From positions 202,814-266,813 of the forward strand of contig OZ253947.1 in the NCBI GenBank assembly GCA_965267345.1: 64,000 nt of DNA, in the 5' to 3' direction. The notes below the pieces were generated by a model that did not search any database, was not told where the DNA came from, and worked only from the letters and a program-made list of their open reading frames with translations. Below, in pieces: positions 37,038 to 46,091 of the stretch. The position numbers and the translations under genes were made by a program. Within the stretch, counting starts at the first letter, position 1; every line of letters starts with the position of its first letter. This DNA comes from Minisyncoccota bacterium (GTDB taxonomy: Bacteria; Patescibacteriota; Minisyncoccia; Phycocordibacterales; UBA2100).

Positions 37038-37272
37038 GACAGTACACGTCAAAGTGTTTCCTGACGCAAAGAAAGAGCGCGTGCTCGAAGTGCAGCCGTG
37101 GACGTTTGAAATCTATGTGCGCGAGCCCGCCCAGCATAATTTGGCGAACAGTCGTGTGCGCGAGTGCGTTGCCGAGCATTTTAATGTTCCGCTGACTCAC
37201 GTTACAATTGAGACAGGACATCGGGCGCGCAAGAAGCGACTGACCGTGCAGATGCCCGACGTTATTACTTAG
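37021..37272 (+). CDS. DUF167/YggU-family protein
   Basis: VKVFPDAKKE...VREPAQHNLANSRV...GHRARKK. Confidence 0.85.
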   Translation: MTEQNRTVHVKVFPDAKKERVLEVQPWTFEIYVREPAQHNLANSRVRECVAEHFNVPLTHVTIETGHRARKKRLTVQMPDVIT

Positions 37273-37282
37273 TACAATCACT

Positions 37283-37648
37283 ATGATGCATATTGACTTT
37301 AAGACGCGTAACACGGAACTCACCGATGAGATTCAGCAGTACGCTGAAACGAAGATTGAGAATTTGACCAAGCTGCTGCAGAACATTGACGAGGAGAACA
37401 TGCGCGCGGAGGTAGAGCTGACGCGCAGCAATGAGCACCAGAGCGGTGATGTCTTCCGTGCTGACATTACGATTCACGCGCCACGCGAGCGTACGCACGC
37501 GGTTGGCCATGGCGAGTCATTTAATGCGGCACTCGATCAGGCGCACGATGATCTCTCGCGCCGGCTTCGTCGCGAAAAAGGGAAGCGTACCGACATGTTC
37601 CGTCGTGGAGCTGCACGCATTAAGGAAATGGTGCGCTTTTGGGAATAG
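37283..37648 (+). CDS. hpf: Ribosome hibernation factor (HPF/RaiA)
   Basis: NTELTDEIQQYAETKI...NAALDQAHDDLSRRLRREK. Confidence 0.9.
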   Translation: MMHIDFKTRNTELTDEIQQYAETKIENLTKLLQNIDEENMRAEVELTRSNEHQSGDVFRADITIHAPRERTHAVGHGESFNAALDQAHDDLSRRLRREKGKRTDMFRRGAARIKEMVRFWE

Positions 37649-37655
37649 TGCTGCA

Positions 37656-37704
37656 AGCTGTGAGCTCTGGGCACTGAGCTGTGAGTGCTGAGCTATGAGT
37701 GCTA
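37656..37704. repeat. Degenerate 7-bp tandem repeat (TGAGCTG/TGAGTGC)
   Basis: AAGCTG TGAGCTC TGGGCAC TGAGCTG TGAGTGC TGAGCTA TGAGTGC between convergent genes. Confidence 0.65.
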
Positions 37705-38559
37705 TGCACGTACGAATTGGGTGTAGGGCATGCGCTGTTTGCCTTCGGGAATCACTTCGTCAATGACGAAGTGATTTTCGTTTTCTAGATGCGCGGCAGC
37801 GATTTTTACGCGCGTACCGTCGTCAGCAAAGAAGTACACGCCCGGCCAGCTGTCGTAGGCGCAAAACTTGAGCATGTTGGTGTAGCCGTCGTCATTGAGG
37901 TTTATTTCCCCGTCTTCTTTTTTGAATAATTTTGAGTAGGTTGCTGCCTCGTGGTCTTGCTCCTGCGGGGCGATGGTGCCCGCGAGGTGCGGTGGAATGG
38001 TTTCGGCAAGCAGTGTACCGCCGATGGAAAAGAGTGTGTGTTCAAGGTCGGTGCCTGACATTGGCCAGTGCTCGGGTGTACACAGTTCCTGTGCGAGAAT
38101 CGGGCCGTGATCCATTTCCTCATCAAGGAGCATCACGGTAACGCCCAGTGCGTCGTCATTGTTGAGAATGCCGGTGCGCACGGGTGACGGCCCGCGCCAT
38201 TTTGGTAATAGTGACGGGTGCACGTTGAGCGTGCCGTGGTTTGGTATGTCGAGCAGTGTTTTCGGCAGGATTTTGCCGTACGCGACGACGACAAAGAGTG
38301 TGTTGCTATAGTCGGCAACGTGGTCGTTGATGGCAGCGATCGCGTCTGCATCAATTTTTTGAGGCTGCAGTGTGGGAATGCCGTGTTCGTCGGCCCAGCG
38401 TTTAACGGGAGGCGGGGTGAGCTGCATACCGCGCCCGACGGGTTTGTCGGGTGCAGTGATGATGAGTGTCGGCACGATGCCTGCCGCGTGCAGTGCATCG
38501 AGTACGATGACTGAGAGGTGTGGTGTGCCAAAAAAGACGAGTGCGGTATCTGAATGCAT
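37702..38559 (-). CDS. fmt: Methionyl-tRNA formyltransferase
   Basis: FFGTP, PDKPVGRG, VVAYGKIL, NVHPSLLPKWRGPSP, MDHGPI. Confidence 0.96.
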   Translation of the reverse strand: MHSDTALVFFGTPHLSVIVLDALHAAGIVPTLIITAPDKPVGRGMQLTPPPVKRWADEHGIPTLQPQKIDADAIAAINDHVADYSNTLFVVVAYGKILPKTLLDIPNHGTLNVHPSLLPKWRGPSPVRTGILNNDDALGVTVMLLDEEMDHGPILAQELCTPEHWPMSGTDLEHTLFSIGGTLLAETIPPHLAGTIAPQEQDHEAATYSKLFKKEDGEINLNDDGYTNMLKFCAYDSWPGVYFFADDGTRVKIAAAHLENENHFVIDEVIPEGKQRMPYTQFVRA

Positions 38560-38571
38560 GAGAGATGTATT

Positions 38572-38720
38572 AAAAAGTGGGGAGAGGAGCTGCGAGCCAA
38601 GGAGGAACACGCCGCGCTCAACTCTCCCCGCCGACAGGGCTGTGCCCCGTCGGCCTCACGCCCGCCCGTTATTATTCCGTCGGAACCTAGGCGACGTTTA
38701 CGGCGCGCGTGGTGCAACCT
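38572..38720 (-). ncRNA. Candidate structured sRNA 1 (three hairpins)
   Basis: TGcTATACT at 38735-38727; final hairpin with CCUCCUU loop and U5 tail. Confidence 0.55.
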
Positions 38721-38734
38721 GCCACTAGTATAGC

Positions 38735-38891
38735 AAAAAGAGGTGCGCGCCGGCGACTCGGGAAGGGGAATTGAGTCGCCGGCGCGCTTGTCGAGCAATG
38801 TCAGCGCCACACGCTTTGGATACACGGACGGCGCGCCATGCTCGACAATCGCGCGCGTCTGCGGGGCAATACTACGCGCGATTCGCAACTG
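38735..38891 (-). ncRNA. Candidate structured sRNA 2 (three hairpins)
   Basis: TGcTAGGCT at 38906-38898; 15-bp terminal stem with AAUUCCCCUUCCC loop and U tail. Confidence 0.55.
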
Positions 38892-38916
38892 ATGCGTAGC
38901 CTAGCACTCTCAGCGC

Positions 38917-39090
38917 AAAATAGAAAGCGCCGCGAACGGCGACTCGAGAAGTCGGGAGGTTCGCGGCGCTACGCACGGTCGTGGCATTCGACAGACCGCT
39001 GTGCGATTACAGCAAAGACCGTTGCACACCAGTAACACGATGGTTAACAGATCTCGGGGGAAACCTGCGTGCTCGGTCGGTGCCGCTACG
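38917..39090 (-). ncRNA. Candidate structured sRNA 3 (three to four hairpins)
   Basis: TGcTATGCT in the last def codons; UUUCCCCC loop; 12-bp terminal stem with CUCC bulge and U-rich tail. Confidence 0.5.
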
Positions 39091-39646
39091 ACGGAAGCAT
39101 AGCAGAATCACTTGTCGCTTCAAGCGGTCGCATATCGTCGTCGACATCGAGGACTTCTCGGGCGTGGTCAATGTAGAGAATGCCGTTGAGGTGGTCAATT
39201 TCGTGTTGGAAAATGCGTGCGAGAAATCCTGCGGCATTGCGTTGCTGCGTTTGCCCGTGCGCATCGGTGTAGTGAATCGTCACCTTTTCGGCGCGATCAA
39301 CTTTAGTGCCGTACTTTCGCGGTACCGACAGACACCCCTCGTCGCCGGTGATCTGCTTTTTCGATGCACGGACAATCTCGGGATTGATGTAGATCTCGTC
39401 AGGGTGTGCAGCTTCGTCGTACTCTTCATTGCGTACGTAAGCGGCGATGGATCCGGCGACGATGAACATCCGCAACGGCACGCCAATTTGTGGGGCGGCA
39501 ATTGCCACACCAAAACGCTCGTCGTGAAGGTTCTTCTGCATGGTCGCAATAATATCCTGCAGCGCCGGACTCTGCAGTTGGCTCAGATCAACCGCCTCGG
39601 CTGTCTGCCGGAGTACGGGGGTGTCGATGGCGACAATGTCACTCAT
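39086..39646 (-). CDS. def: Peptide deformylase
   Basis: GVAIAAPQIG, EGCLSV, QHEIDHLNG. Confidence 0.97.
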   Translation of the reverse strand: MSDIVAIDTPVLRQTAEAVDLSQLQSPALQDIIATMQKNLHDERFGVAIAAPQIGVPLRMFIVAGSIAAYVRNEEYDEAAHPDEIYINPEIVRASKKQITGDEGCLSVPRKYGTKVDRAEKVTIHYTDAHGQTQQRNAAGFLARIFQHEIDHLNGILYIDHAREVLDVDDDMRPLEATSDSAMLPS

Positions 39647-39724
39647 GGGCAGACTATACCCCGATAGTGCTGCGCTGAAAAGCATCTATCGCGCTGAAAA
39701 CTGCCAGCTCGAGATGCCGACACA

Positions 39725-41629
39725 CTAGAGGGTGCGCTCAGGGTTGACATCAACGGAAAACGACGGCGGCAGTGCGCGCAAAATGGCAACTAACTGTTCA
39801 TCAGGCCATGCGTGTTCGGGAATGCGAATGAGGGCATGCAGCGCCTGTCCGCGGCCGCGATCGACAAATGCAGAAAATACGCGGGGCTTGTAACGCGCGA
39901 CCGCCTCAACGAAACGTTGCATGTCGCGGATGATCGCGGCGCGCGACCCCTCACACGTCACTTTGATGAGGTGGGTGTAGGGCGGGTAACGCAGTTGCTC
40001 GCGCACTTCCAACTCGCCGCGTGCGTACTCGGCAATGTTGCCTTGTGTGGCATATTTGAGCATGGCATTGCGCGTGTTGGTGGTTTCGATAAGTAGGGTG
40101 TCGGTCGTGCGTTCTTTAAGCGTTACAATCAGGCCAAAGAGCTTCTCTTCAATACGAAAGTCGGGGATACACAGTAGCGAATCGATCGAGCTGATGACGG
40201 TGCATGTTGCATCAGTCGTGAGGTAGCCGAGTGCCATTTCGGTGCCGACGAGAATAGCACCTGAGCTGGCGGCGTAGTCGTCGGCCACCTGCTGTGCTTC
40301 CCGTTGATTTTTTACACTATCACTACTGAGGACGAACAGCGGTGCATCGGGAAATGCCTGCCGGATGCGCTCAGTAACGCGCTCAATGCCGACGCCCAGC
40401 GGCATCAGGTTCCAGCTGTCGCAGGAGACGCAGCGCTCGTGGGCGTCGCGCGATTGGCCGCAGCGATGACAGAGAAAGACCCGTTCAGTGCCTTTCGTGT
40501 GCAGTACCACGGGAGCCGAGCAGTGTGCACACGCAACAGTGGTCCCGCAGTCGCGGCAGACGGTCTGCGCTGAAATGCCACGGCGTGCGGCAAATACAAA
40601 GGCAGTGCCACCGTCGCGCACTGCGCGCTCAATGCAGGCAAGGGCATCGGGTGAGAGTACGGGGAAGTCTTCTTTTGCTTCTTGTGCGGCAGTGCGTACC
40701 GCGGCGATATCAATGAGCGTCGTTTTCGTACGCGTGCGAAAGCGACTCGCGTGCTCTTCGAGTTCGTGGGCGTGGCCGGTATAGAGTTCGCGCTGTCCCC
40801 TGAGCCCCACAACCGTGTCGGCGACCACGAGCGATGCTTTGAGTGCCTGCGCGAGGTGTTCAATGAAGACGCGCGCATCAATAAACGGGCGCGTCATTTG
40901 TTTGTACACCGATGCCATTTCGCGCTCGATGATGAACATGCCGATGTCGGCACGCGGAATACTGGTGCACAGTGGTGTTGCGATAATCAGGACGGGATGC
41001 GGCTCGTTGAGAATCGCGTCCCACGTTTCGAGGAGCTGCTTTTTCGTCTTTGAACTGTCGAGGACGAACGTGTACTTCTCAATGCCGCGTTCGTAGTAGC
41101 GCCGCAGAGCGTGTGCTTCACGTGCACTCGGCACGACAATGTACACCGAGCGCTTCCGCGCAAAGACACCGCGAATGATCGGTTTGTACTTTTCCACGCG
41201 CTCGCGCCACGGCAGCTGCAGAATGAGTTTTTCAAAGGTGCCGGCCGGTGCGGATGCAGTGATGGCGTTGGGCGGTGTGTGGTCGCCGCTGCGCGCTCGC
41301 TCGAGTACGGCAGCCGGTATGAAGGCGCGAATGACGCTGCCGGTTGAGGTGGCAAAGTAGTCGGCGGACGCGCGTGCGGCGGCGATAAACTCAGGGGTAA
41401 AGCAGTGGTGCGGTTTCTGCGCACGAATTTTGCGCGTTTCGTACATGTTGGTGCGCAAAATTGATTTAATGGCCCGCGCATCTTCGTGCTCGACGACGAG
41501 CGCCGGTACCTCGCGCTTGCGCAGTGGCACCATCACGATGGAACCGATCGGGTACATTTCGGCCGAGAAGTAGGAGAGTCGGTCGGGACCGTTTCCTTTA
41601 ACGATAGGGGTGACGTGCAGGATCATCAT
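39725..41629 (-). CDS. priA: Primosomal protein N' with degenerate helicase motifs
   Basis: N-terminal LSY...GSIVMVPLR, four CxxC pairs, ILVGT, YPPY; no Walker A or DEXH. Confidence 0.88.
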   Translation of the reverse strand: MMILHVTPIVKGNGPDRLSYFSAEMYPIGSIVMVPLRKREVPALVVEHEDARAIKSILRTNMYETRKIRAQKPHHCFTPEFIAAARASADYFATSTGSVIRAFIPAAVLERARSGDHTPPNAITASAPAGTFEKLILQLPWRERVEKYKPIIRGVFARKRSVYIVVPSAREAHALRRYYERGIEKYTFVLDSSKTKKQLLETWDAILNEPHPVLIIATPLCTSIPRADIGMFIIEREMASVYKQMTRPFIDARVFIEHLAQALKASLVVADTVVGLRGQRELYTGHAHELEEHASRFRTRTKTTLIDIAAVRTAAQEAKEDFPVLSPDALACIERAVRDGGTAFVFAARRGISAQTVCRDCGTTVACAHCSAPVVLHTKGTERVFLCHRCGQSRDAHERCVSCDSWNLMPLGVGIERVTERIRQAFPDAPLFVLSSDSVKNQREAQQVADDYAASSGAILVGTEMALGYLTTDATCTVISSIDSLLCIPDFRIEEKLFGLIVTLKERTTDTLLIETTNTRNAMLKYATQGNIAEYARGELEVREQLRYPPYTHLIKVTCEGSRAAIIRDMQRFVEAVARYKPRVFSAFVDRGRGQALHALIRIPEHAWPDEQLVAILRALPPSFSVDVNPERTL

Positions 41630-41730
41630 TGCGCACTAGCATACCGTGATCGCGGCGCTGAGGCCACTGTGCGTTTTTACTGTTGCGCGATATCAGATAT
41701 GAGATAGTATAGACGCTACGTTTACTCTGC

Positions 41731-43245
41731 ATGGCAGCTGATGCATACAAAAAAATAGGACTCCTCATTCGAGAGCTGCGACGACAACGCGGACTGACGC
41801 AACGCGCATTTGCCCAAGCGCTGAACACGTCGCAGTCCGCTGTTGCGCGTATGGAAAAGGGTGAGCAAAACCTTTCAACGGCACAACTGCTCAAAATTAG
41901 CGACGTGCTCCATCACAGCATTCTCGGTATTAAAGAGGGTGTTGATTTTCAAATTGAAGGGGGCTCGAAGCTTCGCGGCAGTGCGGTGACAAACACATCA
42001 AAGAACGGTGCACTGGCACTGATGTGCGCCGCACTGCTCAACCGCGGTACCACGACGATCCACGGTATTCCACGCATTGAAGAGATTTACCGCATGATCG
42101 AGGTCTTTAAGAGTATCGGTGTCGGGCTTGAATCACTCGACCGCACGACCTTGCGCATTACACCGCCAAAGAGCTTTCGAGTGTCAGGTATCAACAAGCA
42201 GTCGGCACAAAAGATGCGCTCGGTGCTGATGCTCATCGGCGCACTGGTGCACCAGAAAACGTCGTTTGCGCTGCCGCATGCCGGTGGGTGCAACATGGGT
42301 GAGCGTACGATTGCGGCGCATCGGCACGCGCTTGAGCAGTTTGGTATCAAAATCAAAACAGAAGACGAACAGTACACCATCTCGCACCGCCGACTACGCA
42401 CGGCTGAAATTATCATGTACGAGGCAAGTGACACCGCGGCAATTAACGCACTGATGGCTGCGGCACTGATTCCCGGTACTACAACGATTAAGTATGCACC
42501 ACCCAACTATCAGGTGCAGGACGTCTGTTTTTTGCTCGAGCAGTTTGGCGTGCAGATTGAGGGTATCGGCACGACCACACTCACCGTGCACGGTGTTGAG
42601 GAGATCAATAGGGACGTCGAGCACTACAACAGTGAAGATCCGATTGAATCGATGATGTTCATCAGTGCCGCCGCCGTTACGGGCTCAAAGCTCACCATTA
42701 AGCGCAGCCCGATTGATTTTCTCGAAATCGAGCTGCTCAAACTCTCGTATATGGGGCTCAAGTATGAGAATAGCGATGTATACTTTGCAAAAAACGGGCG
42801 GACGCGACTCGTGGACATTACCGTGTTCCCCTCTGAGTTGAAAGCTTCACCCGTTAAGATTCACCCGCTGCCATACCCCGGACTCAACATCGACAACTTG
42901 CCGTTCTTTGTGCCGATTGCCACACAGGCAAAGGGAACGACACTGATTCACGACTGGGCGTGGGAAGGGCGCGCATTGTACTTTACCGAACTCAATCGAC
43001 TTGGTGCGGACGTGCGTATTGCCGACCCGCATCGCGTATTCGTAACTGGGCCGACTGATTTGCGCGCTGCACAGATGGTGTGTCCACCCGCACTGCGGCC
43101 GGCGATGGTGGTACTCATCGGCATGCTCGCCGCCGAAGGCACATCGGTGCTCCGCAATGTGTACTCAATTGAGCGTGGCTATGAACGTATTGCCGAGCGA
43201 CTCTCAGAAATCGGTGCACGTATTGAAATCATCAGCGATTTTTAG
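41731..43245 (+). CDS. murA: UDP-N-acetylglucosamine 1-carboxyvinyltransferase with N-terminal XRE HTH
   Basis: RGLTQRAFAQALNTSQSAVARME, then SKNGAL, GGCNMGER, IERGYE. Confidence 0.93.
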   Translation: MAADAYKKIGLLIRELRRQRGLTQRAFAQALNTSQSAVARMEKGEQNLSTAQLLKISDVLHHSILGIKEGVDFQIEGGSKLRGSAVTNTSKNGALALMCAALLNRGTTTIHGIPRIEEIYRMIEVFKSIGVGLESLDRTTLRITPPKSFRVSGINKQSAQKMRSVLMLIGALVHQKTSFALPHAGGCNMGERTIAAHRHALEQFGIKIKTEDEQYTISHRRLRTAEIIMYEASDTAAINALMAAALIPGTTTIKYAPPNYQVQDVCFLLEQFGVQIEGIGTTTLTVHGVEEINRDVEHYNSEDPIESMMFISAAAVTGSKLTIKRSPIDFLEIELLKLSYMGLKYENSDVYFAKNGRTRLVDITVFPSELKASPVKIHPLPYPGLNIDNLPFFVPIATQAKGTTLIHDWAWEGRALYFTELNRLGADVRIADPHRVFVTGPTDLRAAQMVCPPALRPAMVVLIGMLAAEGTSVLRNVYSIERGYERIAERLSEIGARIEIISDF

Positions 43246-43266
43246 CTCCACCTAGCTACGTACAAA

Positions 43267-43292
43267 CCGCTATTTTGGCGTCAAAATAGCGG
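43267..43292. terminator. Hairpin between convergent genes
   Basis: CCGCTATTTTG-GCGT-CAAAATAGCGG. Confidence 0.65.
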
Positions 43293-43311
43293 CTTAGTGG
43301 TTTTGTGGCGG

Positions 43312-44067
43312 CTACAAATCGAGACCGAGAGTAATGCGAAACACGTGCTCGCCATCGCGCACAAGAATGGCTGTTGGGTCATCAGGGGTGAGTGTGAAGA
43401 TCGGCATACCACCCTTGTACAGTGGCTGGAAGTTTTGTGTGTCGCCCACATGCGTGTCGAGGGCAAAAATGCCATTACTGACGGCAACGATGACGGTATC
43501 GTCGCGTCGTGGGTACCACGCGACTCCGCGCACAGGTGTTACGGCATTTAAGACGCGTCGCGTGTCATCGCCGTCACGCACGAACACGGCCGAACCCTGC
43601 AGCCAAAGTGCGGCGCCGGTGTCGGAGTGTATACGCGGACTCTGTGCTGTAGGCGGTGTGGCTGTTGCGAAGAGCTCCTGTGCGCGCACAAAGAGCGGTT
43701 CGTCAGTGCTGACAACAGTGCCGATAGGATCTTTAGCTATCTGCAGCGGTGCGAGCTGCTGCTCAGCACCCAGTGTTGCCTGGAACGTGCTGATCCACGG
43801 CCATGCAGCATCGTGGGCAACGAGAATATCGTGTGCACCAGCATGGAGCCCGCGAATACGGACACTCGTTGTGTCGGCAGGAACGGACACTCGTTTTTCA
43901 TTATCGATGTAAATATCGCTGCCGGCGCGGGCATCTACAATAGTGAGTGTGGCCCCTTTGGCGATCGACATACCTGAAAAAACGTATCCCGCATAGTTCA
44001 GGGCACCAACAGCCAGCGCGATCACCAGAGCAATCGCGGCGGCACCAAGTATGCGCATGCGTGTCAT
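43312..44067 (-). CDS. Membrane-anchored protein with PEGA-like domain
   Basis: N-terminal TM; GSDIYIDN...LHAGAHDILVAHD; C-terminal NFQPLYKG. Confidence 0.7.
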   Translation of the reverse strand: MTRMRILGAAAIALVIALAVGALNYAGYVFSGMSIAKGATLTIVDARAGSDIYIDNEKRVSVPADTTSVRIRGLHAGAHDILVAHDAAWPWISTFQATLGAEQQLAPLQIAKDPIGTVVSTDEPLFVRAQELFATATPPTAQSPRIHSDTGAALWLQGSAVFVRDGDDTRRVLNAVTPVRGVAWYPRRDDTVIVAVSNGIFALDTHVGDTQNFQPLYKGGMPIFTLTPDDPTAILVRDGEHVFRITLGLDL

Positions 44068-44160
44068 CGCGCGAATTAAAGCAAGCACGACAGGCAATTG
44101 CAATGGCTGCGGGCATATGGGGGATAGTGTACACAGACGGATCGATTTTGGTATACTGCA

Positions 44161-44275
44161 GTTGAGCAAGATGGGTCTGCAAGGGGTATCCCTGCCTCCC
44201 CAAAGTCAGCACCCCACCTCTTGCATATCTGTCTTGCTCACCCCCGACCGCCAACACTGGCGGTCGTATTTTTTT
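44161..44275 (+). ncRNA. Candidate sRNA: long hairpin plus terminator
   Basis: TGgTATACT directly upstream; TGAGCAAGATGGGT/ATCTGTCTTGCTCA and TGCAAGGGG/CCTCTTGCA stems; CGACCGCCA/TGGCGGTCG plus T-tract. Confidence 0.6.
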
Positions 44276-44345
44276 CGAGCTTCCCGGCAGGCAGGAGAGC
44301 GCAGTAAAAAAAGCCGTGGTATACTGCCGAGGCTAACAACTGCGT

Positions 44346-45362
44346 ATGGCATTTTCACTCACCCCGAAACTTGGTATTGATCTGGGCACCACGTATACAC
44401 TGGTTTTCGTACCGCATAAAGGGGTCGTACTGCGCGAACCTTCAGTCGTCGCTGTCTCCGAACAGGAAAACAAAATTTTAGCGGTGGGCGATGAGGCCAA
44501 AACAATGATTGGACGTACCCCCGACGACATTGTGGCGTACCGCCCGATGAAAGACGGGGTGATTGCTGACTACCGCGTGACCGAAGCCATGCTGCGCTAC
44601 TACATGCGTAAAGCACTACCGTGGTGGAATATTTTTCGACCCGACGTGATGATTTCAGTGCCGGCCGGCGTTACCTCAGCAGAGCGCCGCGCGGTTATTG
44701 AAGCTGCCGTGAAGGCCGGTGCGAAAAGCGCACACGTGGTAAAGGAGCCCATTTTGGCGGCTATCGGCGCCGGTATTCCGATTCATGAGGCACAGGGGCA
44801 CATGATTGTTGACATTGGTGGTGGCACCACGGACGTGGCGGTGATTTCGCTCGGCGGTATTGTGGCATCGACATCAGTGAAGTGTGCGGGCAACCGCATC
44901 GACGAAGCCATCACGGCGTACATCAAAAAGACATTCAATCTCGCCATTGGTGATAAAACTGCGGAGGATATTAAGATCACCATTGGCTCAGCCATCCCGC
45001 TTGAAGAGGAGCTGACGATGGTGGTGAAAGGGCGCGACTACCTCACGGGGTTGCCGCGCTCAATTGACCTGACGACAAATGAAGTGGTGAAAGCCGTTGG
45101 TCGCGAGTTGCGGGAAATTATTAAGGCTATTCGCGATGTGCTCCAAGACACACCGCCTGAGCTTTCGGCCGACATTATCGACAACGGCATCACCATGTCG
45201 GGCGGTTCGTCGCAACTGCGCAATTTGCCGGAATTAGTGTATCGCCGTACGGGTGTGAAGGCGCACTTGGCTGACGACGCGCTCTTTAGTGTCGCTAAGG
45301 GTACGGGCATTGCGTTGCAGCACCTCGACATCTACAAAAAAGCCATCATTTCAAAGCGCTAG
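44346..45362 (+). CDS. mreB: Rod shape-determining protein MreB (stand-alone paralog)
   Basis: GIDLGT, EPSVVA, RPMKDGVIAD, VDIGGGTTD. Confidence 0.95.
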   Translation: MAFSLTPKLGIDLGTTYTLVFVPHKGVVLREPSVVAVSEQENKILAVGDEAKTMIGRTPDDIVAYRPMKDGVIADYRVTEAMLRYYMRKALPWWNIFRPDVMISVPAGVTSAERRAVIEAAVKAGAKSAHVVKEPILAAIGAGIPIHEAQGHMIVDIGGGTTDVAVISLGGIVASTSVKCAGNRIDEAITAYIKKTFNLAIGDKTAEDIKITIGSAIPLEEELTMVVKGRDYLTGLPRSIDLTTNEVVKAVGRELREIIKAIRDVLQDTPPELSADIIDNGITMSGGSSQLRNLPELVYRRTGVKAHLADDALFSVAKGTGIALQHLDIYKKAIISKR

Positions 45363-45374
45363 CGCACGCGTCAT

Positions 45375-46034
45375 ATGGCATCACCGTTTCTCCCACAGAC
45401 GCCCGACGAACTCCATCACGCGTACATCGTTGTGGGCACTGCCACAACCGCAGCGCGCGTTGCGCGTGCGTGCGAGGAACTCGGCATTCGCGTACAGGGT
45501 AACAGCGATGTGGTGCTGCAGCAGTACGAAACACTGGGCATTGATGACAGCCGTGAGCTGGTGCGTCGCGCGCACCTGCGTCCTATCGGCGATCGCGCGC
45601 TGGTGATCGTGTCAGCGCAGCAGCTCACCCGCGAGGCACAGAACAGTTTGCTGAAACTCTTTGAGGAGCCGCCGGCACACACCCACTTTTTTCTCTGTAT
45701 TTCCAATCCCGAGTACCTGCTCCCGACACTGCGCTCACGTATGGCAGTTGTGTACGATGACACACCCGACGATGCGTACACACCCGAGGCCGCCAGCTTT
45801 GTCGCCGGCACGCCCGCGCAGCGCCTTGCTGTGGTTGCGCCGTATATTGACGACAAGCGCAGCGCCGATGCGGAACAGTTTTTGCACGCACTGGAAGTGC
45901 AGCTCAGTAGCGGTGTGATGGATACGCAGGTGCGACAGGCACTGCAGCACATTGGCGCAGTACGCCGGCATCTCTACGACCGTGGCGCGTCACTTAAAGC
46001 ACTACTGGAGAGCGTGGTTGTGGTATGTCCCTAA
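45375..46034 (+). CDS. holB: DNA polymerase III delta'-like subunit (short)
   Basis: HAYIV, EAQNSLLKLFEEPP, LLPTLRSR. Confidence 0.85.
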   Translation: MASPFLPQTPDELHHAYIVVGTATTAARVARACEELGIRVQGNSDVVLQQYETLGIDDSRELVRRAHLRPIGDRALVIVSAQQLTREAQNSLLKLFEEPPAHTHFFLCISNPEYLLPTLRSRMAVVYDDTPDDAYTPEAASFVAGTPAQRLAVVAPYIDDKRSADAEQFLHALEVQLSSGVMDTQVRQALQHIGAVRRHLYDRGASLKALLESVVVVCP

Positions 46035-46091
46035 CGCATACTTGGTTGGGTACGCGTCAATGCGGTATACTGTCGCCATAGCACAATACAT

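Noticed and set aside
38133-38888. 251-aa minus ORF crossing the def-fmt spacer
   Set aside because: Overlaps fmt out of frame, has low-complexity R/S composition and crosses two terminators.
38570-39090. RNase P RNA, tmRNA or self-splicing intron as the explanation for the def-fmt spacer
   Set aside because: No GAGGAAAGUCC P4 motif, no tRNA-like acceptor/T-arm ends, and internal terminators and promoters split it into three units.
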